Positions 26,473 to 35,231 of a stretch of 64,000 nucleotides of DNA are shown one piece after another (within the stretch, counting starts at the first letter, position 1; each line of letters opens with the position of its first letter). A model generated the notes under the pieces. It was not told the origin of the DNA and did not search any database. It saw only the letters and a list, made by a program, of their open reading frames with translations. Origin of the DNA: Desulfatiglandales bacterium (lineage in GTDB: Bacteria; Desulfobacterota; DSM-4660; Desulfatiglandales; HGW-15); NCBI GenBank assembly GCA_963667015.2, contig CAXXJJ010000004.1, positions 3,744,001 through 3,808,000 of the forward strand, in the 5' to 3' direction. The position numbers were made by a program, and so were the translations under genes.

Positions 26473-28764
26473 ATGAAAAAAAATAAATACATAAATATTA
26501 TATTCGGATTCTTAATCCTGGCTGCCCTGTATATTATCAGTCGGGAGAACTATCTTTTTTTCCACAGTATCGCCGAAGGCTTTTCAATTGTTACCGCATT
26601 TATTGTTTTCATAATAGCATGGAACTCCAGAAAACTTGTTAATAACAGCTTTTTCATATTTCTCGGGACGGCAATGCTTTTTGTGGGAGGAGTTGATTTT
26701 CTGCATACACTCTCATACGAAGGCATGGTAATTTTTGAAGAAAACGGAACGGATCTACCAACCCAGCTGTGGATTTGCGCGAGGTATCTTCAGGGTATTT
26801 CCATGCTGATATCACCCCTGTTTCTGGATAAAAAGATAAAAGCAGAGATAATATTGATATTTTATTCTGCAGTTTCTATTCTTCTGATCCTTTCTGTCTT
26901 TTACTGGAACATTTTCCCGGAATGCTTTAATGAAATAACAGGACTGACCCCCTTTAAAAAGATAAGTGAATATATCATTACTCTTATCTTTCTAGGCAGT
27001 GCAATTCACCTGGCAATATATCACGATAAATTTGAAAGACATGTTTTTAAATGGATAATTATTTCCATATCTCTTGCCATGATGTCTGAAATTGCATTTA
27101 CAAAATATGCCGGTGCCTACAGCCTTATTAATCTTCTTGGGCATTACTTTAAAATAGTATCTTTCTGGTTTTTATATAAGGCATTTATCGTGATCAACCT
27201 GAATGATCCCTATATTTCAATTTTCAGGGATCTGAAGCAGAGCGAAGAAAGATACCGCTCACTGTTCAACAATATGTTAAACGGTTTTGCTCGGCATAAG
27301 GTTATATTTGACTCTCATGATAGAGCGGTTGACTTCATCTACCTGGATGTAAATGATACCTTTGAAAAAATCACAGGGCTTAAGAAATCGTGTCTGATAG
27401 GAAGAAAAGTTACAGAGGTTATCCCGGGAATTAAGAATGACAGCGCGGACTGGATAGGGAGATACGGGAGAGTATCAATAACCGGGAAGTCAGAGAGATT
27501 TGAGAACTTTTCCGAAAGTCTGCAGCGCTGGTATTCAATACATGTTTTCAGCACAGAAAAGGGTTATTTCACAACCATATTTGAGGATATCACAGAAAAA
27601 AAACTGGCTGATCAGGCCATGATTGAAGAACAGGACAGACTTGAAACAAGTGTTGAGCAAAGAAACAGGGAGCTGTCAAGGGCAAATGAACTGCTTACAG
27701 CCATTATTGACAACATGCCTGTTATGCTCTGTCTTTTTGACAGCGAAGGCCATGTACAGCTTATAAATAAGGAATTTAAAAATCTTACCGGCTGGGGTTT
27801 CGAAGATACCGAAAATTCCGCAATACTTAAATCCGGTAAGGGTGAAAAGGAAAGTTACAGACATATCATATCCTACATAAAGGAAATACCCCCCGGGTGG
27901 AATGACTTTTTTTTAAAAAAGCGGGAAGGGGAAGACCTTGCAACCTCATGGGCGAGTGCCCTGTTATCCGACGGGTCCATTATAGCGATCGGCATTGATC
28001 TTACTGACCGCAATAAAATGGAAATGAAACTTCTTAATTACACGGAACAGCTTGAGATAAGCAACAGAGACCTGGAGGAATTTGCATATATTGCATCCCA
28101 CGATCTCCAGGAGCCCCTTCGAAAGATAAGAACTTTCGGTGACCTGCTTTCATCCAGATCCTGTGACGCCCTGAATGAAACAGGCCGGGATTATATTGAG
28201 CGAATGCAGAATGCATCACTGCGAATGCAAAACCTTATTGATTCCCTTCTGACCTATTCACGCATATCTACAAGGGAAAAAGATATTATAATGGTCGATC
28301 TTAACAAAGCGGTTTCAAGTGCCCTGTCCAACCTTGATCTCAGAATTGAGGAAAAAAAGGCAAAAATAGAATTTGATAACTTACCTGAAATAGAAGCCGA
28401 CAGAATACAGATGGTCCAGCTCTTTCAAAACCTCATAGGTAATTCCCTGAAATTTAACAGGGAAAATCTCCCCCCTGTTATCAGGATCTATGCGGATAGA
28501 TCATCAGAAAATAATCTGGCCAATATCCCTTTGTGGCACATAAATATTGAAGATAACGGATTAGGCTTTGAAGAAAAATATGTTGATCAGATTTTTGGCC
28601 CCTTTCAGAGACTGCACGGAAGGGGAGCCTATGAAGGAGTGGGCATGGGACTAGCCATCTGCAAGAAGATTGTTGCAAGACATAAAGGCAGGCTTACGGC
28701 AACGAGTATTCCGGGAAAGGGAACAACCTTTACTGTTACATTACCTGAAAAACATTCAGCCTGA
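26473..28764 (+). CDS. Membrane (MASE3-like) PAS sensor histidine kinase
   Basis: N-term FHSIAE/DFLHTLSY/TQLWI TM domain; two PAS domains; ASHDLQEPLR H-box; DNGLG and GVGMGL. Confidence 0.9.
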   Translation: MKKNKYINIIFGFLILAALYIISRENYLFFHSIAEGFSIVTAFIVFIIAWNSRKLVNNSFFIFLGTAMLFVGGVDFLHTLSYEGMVIFEENGTDLPTQLWICARYLQGISMLISPLFLDKKIKAEIILIFYSAVSILLILSVFYWNIFPECFNEITGLTPFKKISEYIITLIFLGSAIHLAIYHDKFERHVFKWIIISISLAMMSEIAFTKYAGAYSLINLLGHYFKIVSFWFLYKAFIVINLNDPYISIFRDLKQSEERYRSLFNNMLNGFARHKVIFDSHDRAVDFIYLDVNDTFEKITGLKKSCLIGRKVTEVIPGIKNDSADWIGRYGRVSITGKSERFENFSESLQRWYSIHVFSTEKGYFTTIFEDITEKKLADQAMIEEQDRLETSVEQRNRELSRANELLTAIIDNMPVMLCLFDSEGHVQLINKEFKNLTGWGFEDTENSAILKSGKGEKESYRHIISYIKEIPPGWNDFFLKKREGEDLATSWASALLSDGSIIAIGIDLTDRNKMEMKLLNYTEQLEISNRDLEEFAYIASHDLQEPLRKIRTFGDLLSSRSCDALNETGRDYIERMQNASLRMQNLIDSLLTYSRISTREKDIIMVDLNKAVSSALSNLDLRIEEKKAKIEFDNLPEIEADRIQMVQLFQNLIGNSLKFNRENLPPVIRIYADRSSENNLANIPLWHINIEDNGLGFEEKYVDQIFGPFQRLHGRGAYEGVGMGLAICKKIVARHKGRLTATSIPGKGTTFTVTLPEKHSA

Positions 28765-28812
28765 AAATATGGACTTTCAAATATTTTCAACTCCAATCTA
28801 ACAGGGGGTATT

Positions 28813-29010
28813 CTATTCTGATATTACAACAATAGCCCTGTTAGGACATGAGTCCACTGCCTTGCGGCAACTGCTCAAAAGATGAGGAGGGACATTGTCA
28901 ATTATTACTTGAGCCTTTTTGCTCCCCTCCTGAAAACGAAAAACTTCCGGACATATCTTTACACACATCCCCGCTGTCCCGCATCTATCTTCCATTACTC
29001 TTACCAGCAT
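28813..29010 (-). CDS. Single-cluster ferredoxin
   Basis: CGTAGMCxxxCPEVF...CPNRAI. Confidence 0.85.
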   Translation of the reverse strand: MLVRVMEDRCGTAGMCVKICPEVFRFQEGSKKAQVIIDNVPPHLLSSCRKAVDSCPNRAIVVISE

Positions 29011-29154
29011 GTCTATATCCTTTTATTTTGGTTAATTATTTATTATTGTAATCTATAAATAACTTTAGACAATAAACAGAATCCTGTATTTTTTCTTATG
29101 TATATTCTTTAATTTTTATATAAATGATTTTATGACTAAAAAACGGAAAAAAAT

Positions 29155-30234
29155 ATGAATGATCCATTAATCAAAATATTGCTTATAGAGGACGATGAGG
29201 ATGATTACATTATTCTGAGGGATTTACTTTCCCGGATACGAATGTGGAAATGCCAGGTAGACTGGGCATCAACAGCAGATTCTGCCTTTGAGATGCTCCA
29301 TTCATGCAGGTATGATATATGCCTTCTGGATTTTGTGCTTGGAGATATAAACGGAATTGAATTTCTTGATTTATTACGCGAAAAAAACTTTGATATCCCG
29401 GTTATCATGCTGACAGGCTTTGGAGATCATAAAACCGACCTTACAGCGATGCAGCATGGGGCAGTTGATTACCTTGAAAAGGCAAACCTTAATTCTGTGC
29501 TGCTTGAAAGAGCCATCCGCTATGCCATAAATACCTCAAAAATAGTTAATGATCTGAAAAAATCGGAAGAAAAGCTTAAAATTCTTTCAGGTAAGATTCT
29601 GGAGGCACAGGAGGAAGAACGAAAATCTCTGGCCCTTGAACTGCACGACAGTATAGGTTCCAGCCTTACAGGCATTCTTTATGCCTTCGAACAAACGATC
29701 GATAATCTGGAATCCACTTCCGGGACTACAGGAAAATTATTATCCTTTGATCGTCTCAGGGAAATGATAAAGGATATCATTGAAGAAACCCAGAGAATCT
29801 CCTCGAACCTTCGGCCATCTATCCTTGATGCCCTGGGTATATTACCTGCAATACGTTCTCTTTGTAAAAAATTCAAAGATATCTACAAAGGCATTGAGTT
29901 AAATACCAGCCTCGATATAGACGAAGATGATGTTCCGCAAAATTTAAAAATAATTATATACAGGATCATTCAGGAAGCACTGAATAATGCTGCAAAATAC
30001 AGTGAAGCCGAAATCCTTACCCTGGAAATAATCCGCCGGAAGGATTATCTGGAACTGGTTATAAAGGATAACGGTAAAGGTTTTTCTGTAGAAAATGCAA
30101 TTAACAACAATTCCCGGAATAAAAGCATAGGCATTGAAGGTATGCTGGAAAGAGCAGAGCTTTCGGGCGGGGAACTGAAGATCTCTTCAGAAGAGGGAAA
30201 AGGAACCTTAATAAAAGCCCGATTTCCTATTTAG
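29155..30234 (+). CDS. REC-HisKA_3 cytoplasmic histidine kinase
   Basis: N-term receiver; EERKSLALELHDSIG, LRPSILD, QEALNN, DNGKGF. Confidence 0.9.
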   Translation: MNDPLIKILLIEDDEDDYIILRDLLSRIRMWKCQVDWASTADSAFEMLHSCRYDICLLDFVLGDINGIEFLDLLREKNFDIPVIMLTGFGDHKTDLTAMQHGAVDYLEKANLNSVLLERAIRYAINTSKIVNDLKKSEEKLKILSGKILEAQEEERKSLALELHDSIGSSLTGILYAFEQTIDNLESTSGTTGKLLSFDRLREMIKDIIEETQRISSNLRPSILDALGILPAIRSLCKKFKDIYKGIELNTSLDIDEDDVPQNLKIIIYRIIQEALNNAAKYSEAEILTLEIIRRKDYLELVIKDNGKGFSVENAINNNSRNKSIGIEGMLERAELSGGELKISSEEGKGTLIKARFPI

Positions 30235-30883
30235 AGACTAAACCTTTTTTAATGGCATAGGCGGTCAACGCCGATGCACTGTGCAGATCAAGTTTTTCCA
30301 TAATATTGGCGCGATGCTTTTCTACTGTTTTGACGCTGATACAGAGATAATCCGAGATCTCTTTATTTTGATAACCTTCACCAACCAGCTTAAGAACCTC
30401 CCTCTCCCGCCTTGTAATGTTGTCCCAGGATAACTCCTTTTTGATTGATCTTTTTCCTTCAATATAGCCTTCAAGAACTTTATCCGATATTTCAGGGCTT
30501 ACATATTGTTTGCCTGTCAGCACTATTTTAATGGCGTTCAGGACTTCTTTCCCTGAAGAGGTCTTTATGCAATACCCGTCTGCCCCGGAACTGAAGGCCT
30601 CCAGGATATATTCCTCATCCTTGTGCATGGTTAATACAACTACCTTAATGTCCCTTGACTGCTTTTTTATCTCCCTTAAAACTGAAATCCCATCCATTCT
30701 GGGCATATTAAGATCAAGCAGAAGAACATCCGGATCTGTATTATTAATCAGGCGAATGGCCTCCATGCCGTCGCCGGCCGCTCCAACAACTTCAAGATCC
30801 CTGTCCGATTCAAAAATTGATCGCAGCCCGTCACGCACTATTGCATGATCTTCGGCTATTACCAGCTTTTTCTTATTATTCAT
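30227..30883 (-). CDS. NarL/LuxR-family response regulator
   Basis: EDH, LLDLNMP, TRREREVL, KTVEKHRANIMEKL HTH. Confidence 0.93.
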   Translation of the reverse strand: MNNKKKLVIAEDHAIVRDGLRSIFESDRDLEVVGAAGDGMEAIRLINNTDPDVLLLDLNMPRMDGISVLREIKKQSRDIKVVVLTMHKDEEYILEAFSSGADGYCIKTSSGKEVLNAIKIVLTGKQYVSPEISDKVLEGYIEGKRSIKKELSWDNITRREREVLKLVGEGYQNKEISDYLCISVKTVEKHRANIMEKLDLHSASALTAYAIKKGLVSK

Positions 30884-31030
30884 ATTTTCTCCTGACCAGT
30901 GGTTGGGAATCTGAAGGTTAATGCAAAATTGACGAGAAAGATACCAGCAATACTTTTAAAATGCCAGTATTTTCCGGTGCAGCATTGTCACAGGGATTTC
31001 CTGCTGCCTGCCGGATAAGAAAGGTAGAGA

Positions 31031-32197
31031 TTAAATATATTTAGAAATGGAAAAACTGAAGGTTGCGCCTTTACCATTATCATGGCTTGTCCAGACCTCC
31101 CCGCCATGCTTTTCCGCAATCTCCTTGACAATAGCCAGACCAAGACCGCTTCCATCTATACCTTTATTAATTCCGATTCGCTGGAAAGGCAAAAAAACGT
31201 TAGCGTCTTCATTCGTGTTAAATCCCGGTCCGTCATCACTCACAGAAAGGGTATAGGCGTCAATGTTTTCCTGAAACTTTATACCTATATAACTCAGATC
31301 ATCTCCCCCATATTTGAAGGCATTTTCTATCAGGTTTCTCAACACTCGCAATATTGACAAACGATCTGCCCGAATAGAAGGCAGTTTATCGGGTATTTTC
31401 CATTGTATTTTCCGGTTGATAATTCTATCCGAGAATTCGATTTTAATTTCATTCAGCACTGCTGAGAGATCTAGATTTTCGATATTTAACGGCATCTCTT
31501 TTTCAGAAATAAAGAGATTTATTTTTTCAACCAGGGAAAGGATCTGGCCTGAGGCAGAAAGGATCTGATCACAATAGATATTCCCTTTCTGATCGAGCTC
31601 TTCGACATAATTATCCCTAAAACGACGTGTCAGGGCGAAAAGGGCTGTGGCAGGGCTTTTGAGATCATGGGAAATGGAAAAAGCAAAATTTTGTATCTTT
31701 TCAGAAGCCTTTTTGAGCTCATTGTTCGCATTAACTAGTTCTGCGGTCCTTTGCCGAACTGTCTCTTCAAGTTTTTCATGAGACCTGCGAAGTGCCCGGC
31801 TGGCGGATGCCCGGTCAAGGGTGTACCTGATTGATCTCTCAAGGATGGAGGAAGTAAGGCTGTCTTTTATAAGATAATCCGCCGCCCCTGCTTCCATGGC
31901 CTGCACATCTATGCGGTATTCCCCCTGCCCGGTTAGGAATATAACCGGAACATCCGTATCAAAGGATGTTAATTCTTTTAATATTTCCAGACCGTCGTGG
32001 GCCCCAAGACGATAATCAAGCATGCAGATATCAAAATCATTTTCTTTGAGGAGCTTTACGGCTTCATCGTAATTATTCGCCCATGTTATTATAAAAGCCC
32101 TTGTATCAATCTCACTTAACAGTTCTTTCATGATGATATAATCATCCTCATCATCTTCGATTATCAGGATTTTTACGGGCTTCATCTGACTTTTCAT
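31031..32197 (-). CDS. REC-HisKA histidine kinase
   Basis: N-term receiver; SHDLKSP H-box; NAFKY, DDGPG, GSGLGL. Confidence 0.9.
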   Translation of the reverse strand: MKSQMKPVKILIIEDDEDDYIIMKELLSEIDTRAFIITWANNYDEAVKLLKENDFDICMLDYRLGAHDGLEILKELTSFDTDVPVIFLTGQGEYRIDVQAMEAGAADYLIKDSLTSSILERSIRYTLDRASASRALRRSHEKLEETVRQRTAELVNANNELKKASEKIQNFAFSISHDLKSPATALFALTRRFRDNYVEELDQKGNIYCDQILSASGQILSLVEKINLFISEKEMPLNIENLDLSAVLNEIKIEFSDRIINRKIQWKIPDKLPSIRADRLSILRVLRNLIENAFKYGGDDLSYIGIKFQENIDAYTLSVSDDGPGFNTNEDANVFLPFQRIGINKGIDGSGLGLAIVKEIAEKHGGEVWTSHDNGKGATFSFSISKYI

Positions 32198-32270
32198 CTT
32201 TCGGTTATTTCATGACTTGATTGTATTTTCACCTGTTAGGAATTTTACGCCCTTATTACAGGGAGTAAAA

Positions 32271-32286
32271 TGGGGTCAATCATGTA
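32271..32286. promoter_or_regulatory. Repeated upstream motif, degenerate copy 3
   Basis: TGGGGTCAATCATGTA; 13/16 match to the core of copy 1; about 75 nt upstream of the 32197 start. Confidence 0.4.
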
Positions 32287-32623
32287 AAAGAACAGATAAC
32301 TGCCAGAGGTAATATTTTTCAGGATTGATGGAAGAGTAATTATCAAAACACAGATATCGGGTTTACCAATTCTCCATCCTATATTTATCGGAACATTTAG
32401 TTTGACAAGCAGAAAGGTTCTTATGATACCATCAGCCTCCTTGAAAGCATCTTGCAGGGATAACCAGGCACTGGTTAAGACGCAGGATAAAAAACTTCCA
32501 GTGCGTGTAATGGAATGGGCTCACATACATCTGCATCTGAGCGGAAACTACAGGGGCGAATAATTGATCTGAACGGAATTGCTGCTGCTAAGCGCCTGTG
32601 AGCTCATTCCCTTCAGCAAAGTA

Positions 32624-32716
32624 ATACCCCGCTGCTCGCGGCGGGATATAAAAGGAGTAGCTTTGCTTACTCCCCTCCCGAACCCTCCCCCTTACAGCTC
32701 TTACAGGGGGAGGGTA
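32624..32716. repeat. Two adjacent short palindromic elements
   Basis: CCCGCTGCTCGCGGCGGG and ACCCTCCCCCT...AGGGGGAGGGT hairpins. Confidence 0.5.
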
Positions 32717-32768
32717 TATACGGAAATCCTGTCGCCCTGAATGAGCCTGTTTGATCGATAAAAACCGT

Positions 32769-33236
32769 TTAATTTTTTAACTTTGGCAGCAGCCTTCCAA
32801 CCCTTTCTTTATAATTCAGATATTCAGTCCCAAAATTCTCTTCAAGATCCTTTTCTTCTTTAGAGATAAGGAGATTAAAAATAAGCAAAGTAAATAAGAC
32901 AGTAAGTAACGTTATTGCCTTATCGGTTAATAGACAGATTCCAGGCATGATAAAAAATATATGTGCGGCATACATAGGGTTTCTTATCCGGGAGAACAAT
33001 CCTCCGGTAACCAGCCGATTTTTTTCCAGGGCTCTTTTAATTTCCATGTTTGCGGCAGCCAGCATGACTATTCCGATACAGATCAAGAGTAGAGATACCG
33101 AGGTTATATACAACCCGGGAATATTTATTATTTCCCTGATACTTATCTTTAGAGGTATCCAGGACAAAACAAAAAGAATGGAATAAGCCGGGAACATAAT
33201 TTTGGGGCCAACACCCCAGATAGTCCTTTTTTTCAT
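32769..33236 (-). CDS. Isoprenylcysteine carboxyl methyltransferase (ICMT/PEMT) family membrane protein
   Basis: LVTGGLFSRIRNPMY and EEKDLEENFGTEYLNYKERV. Confidence 0.85.
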   Translation of the reverse strand: MKKRTIWGVGPKIMFPAYSILFVLSWIPLKISIREIINIPGLYITSVSLLLICIGIVMLAAANMEIKRALEKNRLVTGGLFSRIRNPMYAAHIFFIMPGICLLTDKAITLLTVLFTLLIFNLLISKEEKDLEENFGTEYLNYKERVGRLLPKLKN

Positions 33237-33349
33237 GATTTTACCTTTTATTTTTTTACTTTCTCTGGATTACCTTATATGAATCGGGCGATTAGCTTCA
33301 ATCGCTCCATGCCTCTGGAGGGAAAAGGTAGCCTTGTTGAAGAACCCGA

Positions 33350-33874
33350 TTATTTGAAGTTGTTATTGTCAAACACAAGTTCCATTGGAATAAACTGAAT
33401 ACCATTAACTGTTTTTACAGTCCTCTCTCCCTTAAAACCAATGGAATAATATGCGTCATAGGCATTTGGAGATGAATTGACTGTAATGCTTTTAAGCTGT
33501 GAATTTCTTTCCAGACAAACCGCAATAGCACGCCGGATAAGCTCCCTTGCTATACCCTGACGCTGGTAAGCTTTATCCACAAAAAGTAATGCGATATGGC
33601 TGTTGTCCCGCATCTCAATTATAGCGACTGTTTTCTTTCCGTCCTTTGCCAATATGAATATGTTCCCGGCTTTAAGGCGATTCTTCATTCCCTCTGCATT
33701 AACAAATTTCTTAAACTCATTAACTCCTTCATCCGGATACTGCGGAGCAATAAATTCGTTAAACACATCCAAAACCAGATTAACAACTATGTCCTGTTCG
33801 CCCGCCTCCATCTGGCAGTAGGATATTTGTGCATGTGGACTTGATATTCTCAATTTATTTATCATCTTTTTCAT
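33350..33874 (-). CDS. GNAT N-acetyltransferase
   Basis: HIALLFVD, QRQGIAREL, TVNSSPNA, YYSIGF; true start uncertain. Confidence 0.85.
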   Translation of the reverse strand: MKKMINKLRISSPHAQISYCQMEAGEQDIVVNLVLDVFNEFIAPQYPDEGVNEFKKFVNAEGMKNRLKAGNIFILAKDGKKTVAIIEMRDNSHIALLFVDKAYQRQGIARELIRRAIAVCLERNSQLKSITVNSSPNAYDAYYSIGFKGERTVKTVNGIQFIPMELVFDNNNFK

Positions 33875-33982
33875 ACACAGACTGTTGTTATTACCGATAT
33901 ACTGCCCGTAATTTTCAATTATTTCATAGCCCTGCTTTTTATATAAATCAATTGCTTCCGGCTGCCCCTTACCTGCCCATCC
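33875..33982 (-). pseudogene. C-terminal remnant of another GNAT, in frame with the downstream GNAT
   Basis: GKGQPEAIDLYKKQGYEIIENYGQYIGNNNSLC-MKK; bounded upstream by TAA with no start codon. Confidence 0.6.
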
Positions 33983-34441
33983 TTATATTGTGTGAGCAGT
34001 AATGAAACCTCACTGCTGATATGAAACAGGATATGATTTCTTTTTTACCTGATCAGGGATATTATCTCACCAGCAAATCTGGATCAATGATGAATTATTA
34101 TATCCGGTTAATTCATAAATAACGCCAACGTTGATCTTCTTTACGGTCTTATGCTTTAAAATATTTATTATGATTGCAATTTAGACTTTCTATGCTTTAT
34201 AGTACGTAAATACATTAGATAAACCTTCATTTTATAGATGCTTATTAGGTCCGCTGCCTAACAGATGGATTATATATGCAATATTTAATTTATCAATTCT
34301 TCCAGGTTTCCATATACGACTGTGTCGACTTATATATTCCCGGACACATACATTACTCTTACAAAAAAGGAATCAACCCGCCATGTGCGGCGAGTTTGTA
34401 TAGAAGTAATATTAACCTGTTATCTATTAAGGAGTTAACTG

Positions 34442-35221
34442 ATGTCAGAAAACGAAAAACCTGATAAAAAACAAACTTCAGAAAAGAAAATTAACCGGCG
34501 GCAGTTTCTGGTGGGCGGAGGCGCTGCTCTGGCTGCAGGAGCTATTGCAGCAACCACCGGTGTAAAATCCACAGAGGCTCAGGAGGTAACCTATCCCGAG
34601 TCAAAGGGTTACCTGGTTTACGACAGTAAAAAATGTATCGGATGTACAACATGCATGCTGGCATGTTCACTGACACATTACGGCGTCCAGAACCTCTCCC
34701 TTTCACGCATCCAGATAATCCAGGATTCATTTGGCAAGTTTCCCGATGACATCCAGATTGCGCCCTGCAGGCAGTGTGTAACACCTCCCTGTGTTATCAA
34801 CTGCCCGGTTGGAGCGGCCTACATTGACACGGAAAACGGCAATGTCCGAAGGATAAACCAGGAAGAGTGTATCGGCTGCAAGACCTGCCTTGCAATGTGT
34901 CCTCAACAGCCTCATCGCCCGGTGTGGAACCATCTGGATGATGTATCCTCAAAGTGTGATCTTTGTATTGATACCCCCTACTGGGATGAAAAGGGCGGAC
35001 CGAACGGCAAACAGGCATGTGTAAGCGCATGCCCGATGCAGGCCATCAGGCTCGTTCACGAAACCCCGGATCAGAAAGAGACCGAAGGATATAATGTTAA
35101 TCTGCGTAACGATAACTATCTGAACCTTGGGCTTGTTGATGACAGCAGGATAGTTCCACCCATAATGAAGAATGCCAAGCCGAAGGTTTTCGGAGAACCG
35201 ACACCGCAGGCAAAGGAATAG
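34442..35221 (+). CDS. Tat-signal 4x[4Fe-4S] electron-transfer subunit (DmsB/YdhY-like)
   Basis: NRRQFL twin-arginine signal; CIGCTTCMLAC, CRQCVTPPCVINCP, CIGCKTCLAMCP, CDLC...CVSACP. Confidence 0.9.
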   Translation: MSENEKPDKKQTSEKKINRRQFLVGGGAALAAGAIAATTGVKSTEAQEVTYPESKGYLVYDSKKCIGCTTCMLACSLTHYGVQNLSLSRIQIIQDSFGKFPDDIQIAPCRQCVTPPCVINCPVGAAYIDTENGNVRRINQEECIGCKTCLAMCPQQPHRPVWNHLDDVSSKCDLCIDTPYWDEKGGPNGKQACVSACPMQAIRLVHETPDQKETEGYNVNLRNDNYLNLGLVDDSRIVPPIMKNAKPKVFGEPTPQAKE

Positions 35222-35231
35222 GAGGTCTGAT

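Noticed and set aside
32440..32560. Possible DUF4160-like remnant (LPVRVMEWAHIH)
   Set aside because: Match too short to support a call
34200..34440. Possible Moco/Wco riboswitch ahead of the AOR operon
   Set aside because: Only weak hairpins and no recognisable conserved core; an Infernal/Rfam search would be needed
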